This document shows, piece after piece, positions 1-7,981 of a stretch of DNA of 64,000 nucleotides. Both the position numbers and the translations under genes were made by a program. Where the stretch lies: the IMG/VR virus record IMGVR_UViG_3300020172_002590, positions 17,458 to 81,457 of that record; one strand, given 5' to 3'. Below the pieces are notes generated by a model that was given only the letters and a program-made list of their open reading frames with translations, had not been told where the DNA came from and did no database searches. Origin of the DNA: a virus. Lineage: Duplodnaviria > Caudoviricetes. Positions within the stretch are counted from its first letter, which is position 1. Each line of letters begins with the position of its first letter.

Positions 1-128
1 GGCTATTTATTTGACACGTTCACCGAGTCATTTATCACGATATCGGGGAGAATGGCGAACAACTACCGATAAATAAAAAAATATAAAAAAGATCCATTTC
101 TCAACAAAATACGCGATCTAATCCAGGA

Positions 129-211
129 TGTAATATTACAGGGGTTGTAATATTACACGGATGGGTGTAAGTGAGTCGGTACCCGAACTTACACCCATTT
201 GTAATATTACA
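129..211. repeat. Three copies of the perfect palindrome TGTAATATTACA
   Basis: Copies at 129-140, 146-157 and 200-211; an inverted repeat ATGGGTGTAAGT...ACTTACACCCAT (161-198) lies between copies 2 and 3. Confidence 0.95.
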
Positions 212-374
212 CGATACTATAAAAATATAGTGTGTAATTTAAGAATTGCTACCTTTATTTCCATCTAATCGCGTATCTAATCCTGGATCTAATTCTTTAT
301 CTTTATATACTTTATGGAACCCCCAAACCTTTACAAATTATGTGAACTTCTAAAAAAGCTATTTCCGCACGTTG

Positions 375-410
375 GAAATCTAATTTCTACACGGTAGGAT
401 ATCTATATGG
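375..410 (+). promoter_or_regulatory. Putative promoter: ATCTAA box, 11 nt, then -10 TAGGAT
   Basis: Same architecture as the minus-strand element at 21822-21877; lies upstream of ORF 463. Confidence 0.6.
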
Positions 411-462
411 TGAGAAATATCTCAATAAACCAAATCCAATTCATAACCGAAAGGAAAATCTA

Positions 463-951
463 ATGTCTCCGATTGAAAACTTATTCAATGAACCAACAAA
501 AGCTTTAGCAATTATTGCACATCTTTCAAAAAATCACGAAATTGTTGCTACAACAATTACTGAACTTCATATGCAATTAATTAATGCAACTTCTACTGCA
601 AACCAATTAGATAACTTTTTGCAAAAGTTAAATGATATGCAAATCCCAAAAAATATGTTTAACAATTTGGAGGCTGCTATTTCTGAACGTCAAAAAATGG
701 AAAATCTTTTAGACAATAATGAAATTAGTCGTGCTGATTTAGACCTATACATAATGGAAACCTTTTCTTTAACTGATGACCTTTGTTCAATTGGACAACA
801 ATTTGTAACACTTGTTGGAAAAAATGACCAATTTAATCTTCAAAACATTGTTGTTAACTTTGACACAATTTTTGTAAAACTATATAACCTTTTTCACGAA
901 GTTGCTTTAACCACATTTGAACTTGTTAAAGAATACGGTTCTCTTAACTAA
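463..951 (+). CDS. Hypothetical helical protein, the only plus-strand gene
   Basis: 162 aa ORF with AAAGGA RBS, upstream promoter and downstream terminator. Confidence 0.85.
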   Translation: MSPIENLFNEPTKALAIIAHLSKNHEIVATTITELHMQLINATSTANQLDNFLQKLNDMQIPKNMFNNLEAAISERQKMENLLDNNEISRADLDLYIMETFSLTDDLCSIGQQFVTLVGKNDQFNLQNIVVNFDTIFVKLYNLFHEVALTTFELVKEYGSLN

Positions 952-967
952 TAACTAATAAATAACT

Positions 968-999
968 AAAAGGGTAGACGTTTGTCTACCCTTTTTTTA
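968..999 (+). terminator. Intrinsic terminator, possibly bidirectional
   Basis: AAAAGGGTAGAC-GTTT-GTCTACCCTTTTTTT directly after ORF 463-951. Confidence 0.9.
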
Positions 1000-1016
1000 T
1001 GCCCAAATGCCGGGCG

Positions 1017-1079
1017 TGTAATATTACACCATTTGTAATATTACACGGTGATGGACAAATTGTAGTATGTAATATTACA
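1017..1079. repeat. Three more copies of TGTAATATTACA
   Basis: Copies at 1017-1028, 1034-1045 and 1068-1079 (start-to-start spacing 17 and 34 nt). Confidence 0.95.
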
Positions 1080-1399
1080 GTGCTATCTTTATGAAAAACT
1101 AAAACTAAATTCTAATCTAAATCCAAATCCTAACATCCCGGCACCTTTATGGCGGGGCAATAGGCTTACTAATACTACGTCTGATACCTGATCTATTCCT
1201 AGAGGGTATTGACTACCTATAGATAGGTATTACAGCATTGTAATTTGCACATTTATAGCCTCAAAACACACACTAAAATTCTCACAAATAAAAACCGCCT
1301 GATTTATGAGCATTTTACTGCCTTTTTGATTGATTTTATAAACAATTAGTTTGTTTTTTTATATAATTAGTAACATTTTCTCACCTTTATGGGGGGTAC

Positions 1400-1433
1400 T
1401 TATCCACAATATTATCCACAATTCGGGGGATAA
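1400..1433. promoter_or_regulatory. Tandem DnaA boxes; candidate replication origin element
   Basis: TTATCCACA at 1400-1408 and 1412-1420, degenerate inverted box at 1425-1433, AT-rich tract at about 1320-1380. Confidence 0.55.
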
Positions 1434-1652
1434 GTCTTATTCTGTATAGAGATAGATAGAGTATACAATGTCTGATCGCGCACCAGTTTATCTAATATAT
1501 TTCTACCTTTATTTAGTACGCTAAACAAGCCCATTATACAATTCTGGATATAAATCGGAAGTAATTCCTTAGCACATCTCCGTATGCCTTAAAGGAATCT
1601 ATTTACCTACCTAATCTATATCTAATCTATACTTCTTCTATCTAGGTATCTA

Positions 1653-1793
1653 TTAAATATCTAGACCGGTTTTTTCAGAATCCATTATTTCTTCCAATCC
1701 CCTAGCCATAGAGTTATGGAGAATCTTCCTCAGTTTCCGAACCATTCTCCATGTGTAATACCAGAGTCTTATCCTTCTATAAAGACTTATCAT
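1653..1793 (-). CDS. Small hypothetical protein (46 aa)
   Basis: Manually translated MISLYRRIRLWYYTWRMV..., GGAGGGG RBS. Confidence 0.55.
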   Translation of the reverse strand: MISLYRRIRLWYYTWRMVRKLRKILHNSMARGLEEIMDSEKTGLDI

Positions 1794-1802
1794 AACCCCT
1801 CC

Positions 1803-1979
1803 TTACCCTAGAATCATAAAGATAAGATCGAATATTACCCAACATATAGAAGCTGCCATAAGGCAAGGAATAAGGAAGGCTGTTACATTATCCCTATCCC
1901 TACCATCTCTTACCAGCTCTTTCTCTATCTTCCAAACAATATAAAGGATTAGCACCCCCATAATATTAAGAAAAATCAT
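1803..1979 (-). CDS. Small membrane protein (58 aa)
   Basis: Manually translated MIFLNIMGVLILYIVWK...; two hydrophobic segments; AAAGGA RBS. Confidence 0.6.
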   Translation of the reverse strand: MIFLNIMGVLILYIVWKIEKELVRDGRDRDNVTAFLIPCLMAASICWVIFDLIFMILG

Positions 1980-2034
1980 TTGTCTATCCTTTCCCGATAG
2001 TTTGTATAGTATCTTTTGGCCACTTTTGCTGCCC

Positions 2035-2283
2035 TTACCCTAAGTTAATAATCCGCTCAAATTCAAAGTCATCTCGAATGTCTTCAAGAATGTCATACAT
2101 AAGGTTATAATCCCCCATTGGTAAAGCTATTCCCTGACCTTCAAGTTCCTGAAAAACGCAATGAATATAGTTGAGCTTTTCCACATATGAATCCACAGTC
2201 TTTCCACAACTATGTGTGGATATCTCTTCTAATGAAATCCAAGATCCACATTCTTTACATTTAGTCATTCCCATTGCCATCAT
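2035..2283 (-). CDS. Hypothetical protein with CxxC Zn motif
   Basis: ORF with AAGGAG RBS; CKEC...HSC. Confidence 0.75.
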   Translation of the reverse strand: MMAMGMTKCKECGSWISLEEISTHSCGKTVDSYVEKLNYIHCVFQELEGQGIALPMGDYNLMYDILEDIRDDFEFERIINLG

Positions 2284-2302
2284 TTTCTCCTTGTAAATAA
2301 GA

Positions 2303-2385
2303 AGCCAAAGCCCCCTCCTAATCTCCTCTCATTCGCAAGCCATTTGCCGTGTCTGCTTTTTAAAGATTAGAAAGGGGCAATGACC
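2303..2385 (-). ncRNA. Long stem-loop in an intergenic leader (candidate structured RNA)
   Basis: 15-bp stem plus a 5-bp extension that pairs fully only on the minus strand (G-U pairs); TATAAT at 2407-2412. Confidence 0.45.
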
Positions 2386-2446
2386 GACCTTTTTAATTTC
2401 TTTACAATTATATCCCTGTGTATTATATACCTAAGGATATTTACAT

Positions 2447-2629
2447 TTAAGTGTTAGGGTTATTTGTTGCCTGATTATAATCTTCAAGCGCTTCCATTAG
2501 TCCACAATCTGAACAAATTTCTGTCTTATTATCAACCCTAGACAAAGCCCCAGGATATTGTCCAGCATATTCGTTATTTGGAATATAACTTACTTTGCAA
2601 CGTGGACATTTCTTCAATTCGTCATTCAC
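2447..2629 (-). CDS. Small Zn-finger phage protein
   Basis: CPRC...ALSRVDNKTEICSDCG motif common in phage ORFs. Confidence 0.8.
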   Translation of the reverse strand: MNDELKKCPRCKVSYIPNNEYAGQYPGALSRVDNKTEICSDCGLMEALEDYNQATNNPNT

Positions 2630-2898
2630 GCAGTTTTGCCTTCCTTGATCATTTCATCAGTCAATGGGGAAACAATAATTGCCTCATTTTCCTTAGTCAT
2701 ACCGAAAAGACAACCAGCATCATTTCCTTCAGGATCAGATGAAGCATAAATTTTACCCCCATCTTCAAGTTCTAAGACAACAGGAAAACCACCATAATTT
2801 TCTTCCCAACCTTCAGCTTCAAGCTCAAGTTTTGTCATCATTCTTACATTTACTATTTTCAACCCTATTGGGTATGCTACTTTTTGTTCAATAGTCAT
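2626..2898 (-). CDS. Hypothetical phage protein
   Basis: ORF coupled to its neighbour; SDPEGNDAG motif. Confidence 0.8.
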   Translation of the reverse strand: MTIEQKVAYPIGLKIVNVRMMTKLELEAEGWEENYGGFPVVLELEDGGKIYASSDPEGNDAGCLFGMTKENEAIIVSPLTDEMIKEGKTA

Positions 2899-2908
2899 TT
2901 TATCTTTC

Positions 2909-3415
2909 CTATTCTATTTCTGAAACAAAATCGTTGTACGCATCAAAAGAACCATCTAAATTATTAAGATAAGTTTTCCAGTCTTTTACTTGTTTACCAT
3001 CATGAATACCTTGTAAAACTCTCAACATTCTATATGATTTTTCTGTTATTTTCCAAACAGGATTTGATTTTTGGACAGCATCCATAATGCCATTTTCAAG
3101 TTCAATAACTGTCCCCTCCAAATTCTGATCATAAAATTGATCTAAAATCAGACAACCAACCGCACAAGATGCATCAGGCTTAATCTCAGCCAAAAGGCCA
3201 TAAAAAAGGTCATATGCTTGATCATCATAATCAGAATCGTAATCATTAAAACCAGAGTTTTCTTTGATCATATCCATAGTCTCTTCTTTATAACCTCGGT
3301 ATTGACAATCCTCTCCTAAATTCATAGCCTTTTGTCCTTGATTTAGAAGATGGCTTTTAATAAAGAGAAATGCCTCATAATCATTTGTTATAACTGACAT
3401 TTTAATCCTCATCAT
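2909..3415 (-). CDS. Hypothetical phage protein
   Basis: CQYR...CAVGCLI...QGIHD motifs; true start may be near 3400. Confidence 0.8.
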   Translation of the reverse strand: MMRIKMSVITNDYEAFLFIKSHLLNQGQKAMNLGEDCQYRGYKEETMDMIKENSGFNDYDSDYDDQAYDLFYGLLAEIKPDASCAVGCLILDQFYDQNLEGTVIELENGIMDAVQKSNPVWKITEKSYRMLRVLQGIHDGKQVKDWKTYLNNLDGSFDAYNDFVSEIE

Positions 3416-3599
3416 CCATATCTACTTCAACTTCTTCACCTTCTATGACAGAAAAGAAGCTATCCAAAAATGTTTTTAATGAATTAGCACTTGTTCCTTT
3501 CAAATCAGCCTCCAATTGGGCAAGAATAAATTCACTAATATCCTTGTCCTTAGGGATTTGGGCAATATAATTACCTACTACGAAGTATTGCTTGATCAT
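3402..3599 (-). CDS. Hypothetical acidic protein
   Basis: ORF fitting the gene array. Confidence 0.7.
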   Translation of the reverse strand: MIKQYFVVGNYIAQIPKDKDISEFILAQLEADLKGTSANSLKTFLDSFFSVIEGEEVEVDMDDED

Positions 3600-3614
3600 T
3601 TTTATCTTTCTTTT

Positions 3615-3824
3615 TTATTGTGGTTTAGGGATACAGACACGCGAACAATATGCGGAACTATTTTCTTCATAAATAATTCCCTTAATTAGTTCTCTTTTAC
3701 AAGTTGGGCAAACAAAAGGAGCAGCGTTTTTCAAGCCGAAAAACTTAACAGTTTTTCCTGGCAATGCTTTGCTCATATCTTTACTTTGTCCAGCAATTGG
3801 TTTTGCTGGCTTTTTACCTGCCAT
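3615..3824 (-). CDS. Small basic Zn-finger protein
   Basis: CPTC...YCSRVC; GGAGA RBS. Confidence 0.75.
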   Translation of the reverse strand: MAGKKPAKPIAGQSKDMSKALPGKTVKFFGLKNAAPFVCPTCKRELIKGIIYEENSSAYCSRVCIPKPQ

Positions 3825-3825
3825 A

Positions 3826-4317
3826 TTATTCTCCTATTTTTTCTGTTAATGTGAATGAAGTCTCGAACTCAATCTTTGATTCTCTGAGAAACGCTCTAAT
3901 TTCTTTTTCAGTAACTAAATTGTCTCTATAGCCCTTAGCGTGTTCCTGAGAATAATTCTTAGCAATTCTCTTAGCCCAAACGCTCTCTGATTCAGTAGAG
4001 ACATTTGTAACCAATCCAAAATGCTTTATGACAATCTTAGGAGTGAGATATTCTTTAGTTGATTTCTCACCATCCCAAACGCTGTACAGATAAAAATTGT
4101 CATACTTTTCAAAAAACTTCCAGCGAGCATAAAAGTCAGGTGCATTCTTATAATTAATGCATCCAATACCTAAAGCCATAGAACCAAAGATCAATGCTTT
4201 TGTTTCAGCATTTACATCTTCATATTCTTCTACTGTGCCTTCTCTATACTTAACCCAAAGCGCATCTGGATTATCAGTAAAATACTTTACATTTTCTGTT
4301 GACCAATTAAGGCTCAT
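3826..4317 (-). CDS. Hypothetical phage protein
   Basis: 163 aa ORF, AAGGA RBS. Confidence 0.8.
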   Translation of the reverse strand: MSLNWSTENVKYFTDNPDALWVKYREGTVEEYEDVNAETKALIFGSMALGIGCINYKNAPDFYARWKFFEKYDNFYLYSVWDGEKSTKEYLTPKIVIKHFGLVTNVSTESESVWAKRIAKNYSQEHAKGYRDNLVTEKEIRAFLRESKIEFETSFTLTEKIGE

Positions 4318-4326
4318 TTTATTTCC

Positions 4327-4473
4327 TTACTCTATTTCTTCCGATTCTGTAGAGAAATCTCTATTTCTGATTTCTCCATTGATTAACATATCCCTTGCTG
4401 TTTCCTCAGCAAGAGCATTATTAGCAGCTTCAACATCTACTGATGTCCAAATTGATACTCTGTATTTCTTCAT
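4327..4473 (-). CDS. Small protein with 'VEA..A' motif (48 aa)
   Basis: Manually translated MKKYRVSIWTSVDVEAANNALAEETARD...; ATGA overlap with the upstream gene. Confidence 0.7.
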   Translation of the reverse strand: MKKYRVSIWTSVDVEAANNALAEETARDMLINGEIRNRDFSTESEEIE

Positions 4474-4820
4474 ACAGAAACTTTACTCAAATCCATAAGC
4501 AATGATTGTGGATAATCTGTGTCATTTCCTTCATCATCAATGTTACCGAAAAAGATAACACTTCCAGCAATATAATCTCCAAGCAAAACTACTTGCCCTG
4601 AGTTATACCACAATTCAGTAGCAAACTTATTTTCATCTAATCCAACAAGTTTACCTTCTTCATTGCAATAACAAAAGTATGGTTTATCACCAAAGCTAAC
4701 TGCTTCAATATATCCATCTACAATTGCACACAATTTTTGATAATTGCCTTCATAATTGAATTCTTCAATTTCACCATCTGTATGTAGCACTAATGCTTTA
4801 GGCATAATACTCTCCTTCAT
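4470..4820 (-). CDS. DUF3846-family protein
   Basis: L..IVDGYIEAV...CNEEGKL..L..N..AT...IAG signature. Confidence 0.85.
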   Translation of the reverse strand: MKESIMPKALVLHTDGEIEEFNYEGNYQKLCAIVDGYIEAVSFGDKPYFCYCNEEGKLVGLDENKFATELWYNSGQVVLLGDYIAGSVIFFGNIDDEGNDTDYPQSLLMDLSKVSV

Positions 4821-5220
4821 TCATATAATTTTTTACTTTTTCAAGAATCTCATCAAGAGTTCCTGAAACCATATCTAAATGTTCAAAACTATCCACACCA
4901 TTCTCTGGCTGGTAATCATCAGTAATGTCATAAGCATCAAACCAAGGATTATCAATCCATTCTAATTTGTCTTCATACTTTTTAAGATCTTCATCTGTTT
5001 TAATTCCAACATCAATCAAATCCCAAAAATCCGTAAGCTTATGCTCTTCTCCATCGCTATCAATAAATCGAGCATCCATCTCACCGTCACAGCTAATCAA
5101 TACCTTTTTGTTTTCGCCTTTTACAACGCAAACAGGAGTATGATTATATCCGTCACAATAAAACACATCTGATCTTTGCTCTTTTTCTTCGTGGACAAGC
5201 CATTCAATATCTATAGTCAT
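4798..5220 (-). CDS. Hypothetical acidic protein
   Basis: 140 aa ORF in the array. Confidence 0.8.
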   Translation of the reverse strand: MTIDIEWLVHEEKEQRSDVFYCDGYNHTPVCVVKGENKKVLISCDGEMDARFIDSDGEEHKLTDFWDLIDVGIKTDEDLKKYEDKLEWIDNPWFDAYDITDDYQPENGVDSFEHLDMVSGTLDEILEKVKNYMNEGEYYA

Positions 5221-5627
5221 TAATATAATCCTAACTCTTCTCTTTCTTCTTCTGTAACAATTGTCAATGTTGTACTGCTACCCATTGGGGCATCGTGATG
5301 TGAAAGTGAATAATTAATGTGATCATTAAATACTTCCCCAGACATAACCCATTCACTATTCACAGTCATACCGTGAATTAATTCTTTTACATTATCTGCA
5401 AAGAAATAACCACTGCTTTCTCCATCCCATAAACGAATGTTAGAAACTTTCCACCAATTTGTTTCATTTTCATAAAACAAATCTTTAGTTATTTCTTTAA
5501 AGTCATCAAGAACATATTCCCAACAATCACCCCAACAATCAGATGATGGAATTGATTCACCTGTTTCTTCATCATAATATTCACAAGTACAAGTATTTGT
5601 GTACTCAAACTTAATTCCTGTTTTCAT
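5220..5627 (-). CDS. Hypothetical phage protein
   Basis: C-terminal SHHDAPMG motif; Cys-rich N-terminus. Confidence 0.8.
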   Translation of the reverse strand: MKTGIKFEYTNTCTCEYYDEETGESIPSSDCWGDCWEYVLDDFKEITKDLFYENETNWWKVSNIRLWDGESSGYFFADNVKELIHGMTVNSEWVMSGEVFNDHINYSLSHHDAPMGSSTTLTIVTEEEREELGLY

Positions 5628-5818
5628 TGTTTCTCCATTTTAATTTTACAAGGCTGACACATCATTGGGTGAACAATATGTCCATTTTGATATCCAATAT
5701 AACCAAGATCTTGATTCATAGGCAATTCGCAAAAATAGCATATAAAAAAGTCTGGCTGCATTTCTTCATAAATAACTTCTTCTGTTTTCATTTCATTTCT
5801 CCACTGGTTCGTTAACAT
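5624..5818 (-). CDS. Small Zn-finger protein
   Basis: CYFC...CQPC. Confidence 0.7.
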   Translation of the reverse strand: MLTNQWRNEMKTEEVIYEEMQPDFFICYFCELPMNQDLGYIGYQNGHIVHPMMCQPCKIKMEKQ

Positions 5819-5999
5819 ATATTTCTACCCATTCACCATCTAATGGGAGATTCCAATTTTTATCTTCAAAGACAGTTGCATCTTTTTTAAAGACCCAACC
5901 ATCTTCATTATTCCAATACTCAGACTCAAACTCTGTCCAATGATTTGGCAAAGAGATTTTCGGAGTTCCAACTCTATGGATTGTATATTTAACTAACAT
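5793..5999 (-). CDS. Hypothetical Trp-rich protein
   Basis: YWNNEDGWV...LPLDGEWV. Confidence 0.75.
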   Translation of the reverse strand: MLVKYTIHRVGTPKISLPNHWTEFESEYWNNEDGWVFKKDATVFEDKNWNLPLDGEWVEIYVNEPVEK

Positions 6000-6264
6000 T
6001 ATTATTCCTTATAATTGGTGATATTTGGTTTAAATAATCTAAGCCAGTATTCATCAGTGAATCAATGTGATTTACTAATTCATCCCAACCAGTCTCCTTA
6101 TTGAAAGTACTTTCCCAATCCTGTTCTTCAGAATTCCAAATTGTTTTACTATCAAATTTTACTGACTCAACATCATATTCATGAACCCATTTATTTGTTT
6201 CTGGATTATATGAAATGACATAATGATATTCTTTCATTTCAGTATTCATTCCCATCTTCATCAC
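5989..6264 (-). CDS. Hypothetical protein
   Basis: ORF in the array. Confidence 0.7.
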   Translation of the reverse strand: MMKMGMNTEMKEYHYVISYNPETNKWVHEYDVESVKFDSKTIWNSEEQDWESTFNKETGWDELVNHIDSLMNTGLDYLNQISPIIRNNNVS

Positions 6265-6574
6265 TGAAAATAAAATTTCTTATATTCGCTTCATGACCCC
6301 AACCACAACTAAAGTCATCTTTTGCATAAACTTCAATCATAATTATTACATCTTCAAGAGTAATTTCTATTTCTCCTTCTGCTGCGCGATTATCAGATAA
6401 TAAATTCTGATAAACAGTTTCTACATCATATGAAACAATATGCGTTACATTAATTGTTGAAGGCCAATCTTTTCTGTCAGTATCCATATTATTCATCATC
6501 CTTTTCTTTGTATGCATCATAATGATCAAATTCTTGAATAATGTCATCTGGTTCTTGACCAAATTCAATATCAT
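6239..6574 (-). CDS. Hypothetical acidic protein
   Basis: ORF in the array; true start probably near 6487. Confidence 0.7.
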   Translation of the reverse strand: MILNLVKNQMTLFKNLIIMMHTKKRMMNNMDTDRKDWPSTINVTHIVSYDVETVYQNLLSDNRAAEGEIEITLEDVIIMIEVYAKDDFSCGWGHEANIRNFIFSDEDGNEY

Positions 6575-6677
6575 CTACCATCTCAATTGCAGCTCTTTCA
6601 CTTACTGCATTCACGTAGTAAACTTCAGAGTAATGATAATGTTTAAATACAGCATATTCGCTCATCGATATCCCCAA
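6489..6677 (-). CDS. Small protein with 'VNA..A' motif
   Basis: YYVNAVSERAAIEMV. Confidence 0.7.
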   Translation of the reverse strand: MGISMSEYAVFKHYHYSEVYYVNAVSERAAIEMVDDIEFGQEPDDIIQEFDHYDAYKEKDDE

Positions 6678-6799
6678 TCTATTTTGTATCCTGTTTCTAT
6701 TACTTGTACAATTTGATCAATACATTCACCATCACTAAGGTCTTCACCCGGCGTTTGTAAAATCTCAATAATTCTTTCAATAATAACCCTATCTTCCAT
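6662..6799 (-). CDS. Small hypothetical protein (45 aa)
   Basis: Manually translated MEDRVIIERIIEILQTPGEDLSDGECID...; fills a gap in the array. Confidence 0.65.
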   Translation of the reverse strand: MEDRVIIERIIEILQTPGEDLSDGECIDQIVQVIETGYKIDWGYR

Positions 6800-7042
6800 C
6801 TACTTATCTTTCTTTGTCAAAGCCAATGTTGCAAAGGTTGTTGAAAGTTGAGCGTGAATCTGAGCTTCAACAAAAGTAAAAGGCGTAGTGCTATAAAAAA
6901 CACCTTTCTCTGGCTTTGTTACAAGCATTAACTGACTCGCACATTCAGCGTGAAAAATTGACAATGCTTCATAATTTTCTGTTTCTAAATAATGATCTTG
7001 TATTGCAATGTCATCTTCTGACCAACTCATATTTGTTCTCAT
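6800..7042 (-). CDS. Hypothetical protein
   Basis: ORF in the array. Confidence 0.7.
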   Translation of the reverse strand: MRTNMSWSEDDIAIQDHYLETENYEALSIFHAECASQLMLVTKPEKGVFYSTTPFTFVEAQIHAQLSTTFATLALTKKDK

Positions 7043-7245
7043 TCGTATTCCTCATCTCTAATTGAAGAATGATAGCCTTCTCTTGCTATCATTGTTGTTA
7101 TATGTACTTCGCTATTACCTAAGATATTGTTTTTGTCGTTGCCAAGCAATGCTTCGTAAACAACACTTATTGCCTCATTGTAATCTTCTGCTTCAACAAA
7201 ATTTGTTGTAAAAGCTGTTACTGTATATATTTTCTTTTCTGACAC
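7039..7245 (-). CDS. Small protein with 'VEA..EA' motif
   Basis: GTG start after GGAGG; FVEAEDYNEA. Confidence 0.75.
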   Translation of the reverse strand: MSEKKIYTVTAFTTNFVEAEDYNEAISVVYEALLGNDKNNILGNSEVHITTMIAREGYHSSIRDEEYE

Positions 7246-7253
7246 TTTGCCTC

Positions 7254-7679
7254 CTAGAATTGTCTTGTGTCAAAGTTGTCTTTTGTATGAAATGTTAATG
7301 TAAAACATCCATTATCTTCATCTGGTAGTTGAACTTCATCAATATTTAACCACCAATCTTTGTCCTTATCGCTGACAACAATTTGAATATCATCATCAAC
7401 ATTTTTCAAAATTTCTTTCAATTGTTTTACTGTAATTGTTGGTTGAAAATTGGTTGTTTGTAAAAGGAACTTTTCTGATAGGTTATTCATCCAATTAGCG
7501 TACTCATAAATCCATTCGTCAAAAGAACCAGTGAAAGGATAATCAACAGATGTTTCACCATTATCCTCAGCTGATAGTTGCTCCCAAGCCATAGTTAGTT
7601 TCATAAGCGGAGTCCAAAGACTTCCCGCAGCATCTATGAATTCTTTTCTTGCTATGTAATTATTATATGTTTCTTTCAT
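7254..7679 (-). CDS. Hypothetical protein
   Basis: AAGGAG RBS; C-terminal TVKQLKEILKNVDDD module. Confidence 0.8.
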   Translation of the reverse strand: MKETYNNYIARKEFIDAAGSLWTPLMKLTMAWEQLSAEDNGETSVDYPFTGSFDEWIYEYANWMNNLSEKFLLQTTNFQPTITVKQLKEILKNVDDDIQIVVSDKDKDWWLNIDEVQLPDEDNGCFTLTFHTKDNFDTRQF

Positions 7680-7704
7680 GTTTGTCTCCTTTGTTTGAGA
7701 ATAT

Positions 7705-7760
7705 AAAAAGAGACTAGCTACCGTTAGTAGTATCCAATTTCTAACGGTAACTAGTCTCTT
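7705..7760 (-). terminator. Long hairpin terminator 3' of tRNA-Arg
   Basis: AAGAGACTAGTTACCGTTAG...CTAACGGTAGCTAGTCTCTTTTT on the minus strand. Confidence 0.75.
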
Positions 7761-7762
7761 AG

Positions 7763-7835
7763 CGCTTTCAGTAAGATTCGAACTTACAACCTACTGATTA
7801 GAAGTCAGTTGCTCTATCCATTGAGCTATGAAAGC
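7763..7835 (-). tRNA. tRNA-Arg (anticodon UCU)
   Basis: Cloverleaf GCTTTCA/TGAAAGC, anticodon arm ACTGA-CTTCTAA-TCAGT, T-loop TTCGAAT; CCA not encoded. Confidence 0.95.
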
Positions 7836-7840
7836 ATAAA

Positions 7841-7976
7841 GGTATATAAGTTATTTTTACCCGCATATATACCAGATACGGGGTTATTAGGTAATAACTT
7901 AACCTATTTTAATATAATGATTATTTTTCGGCGCATTTATATTAGAAACGCTTTTCTGTGGTAATAACCTAACCAC
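7841..7976 (-). ncRNA. Two tandem ~67-nt structured RNA units (predicted double pseudoknot)
   Basis: Aligned repeats 7841-7906 and 7910-7976 with compensatory changes in three helices. Confidence 0.6.
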
Positions 7977-7981
7977 TATAT

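Noticed and set aside
129-1079. TGTAATATTACA repeats as a CRISPR array
   Set aside because: The repeats are only 12 bp with irregular spacers (5-42 nt within triplets). No cas operon is present, and the Cas4-like gene is a standalone phage nuclease.
7700-7762. Theta/HDV-like ribozyme in the tRNA-Arg 3' trailer
   Set aside because: The trailer is a simple long hairpin with a U-tract, without the nested pseudoknot.
7841-7976. Pistol ribozyme assignment for the tandem RNA (GUGGUUAGG start)
   Set aside because: The helix order differs and the P3/GU cleavage junction is missing; kept as an unassigned motif.
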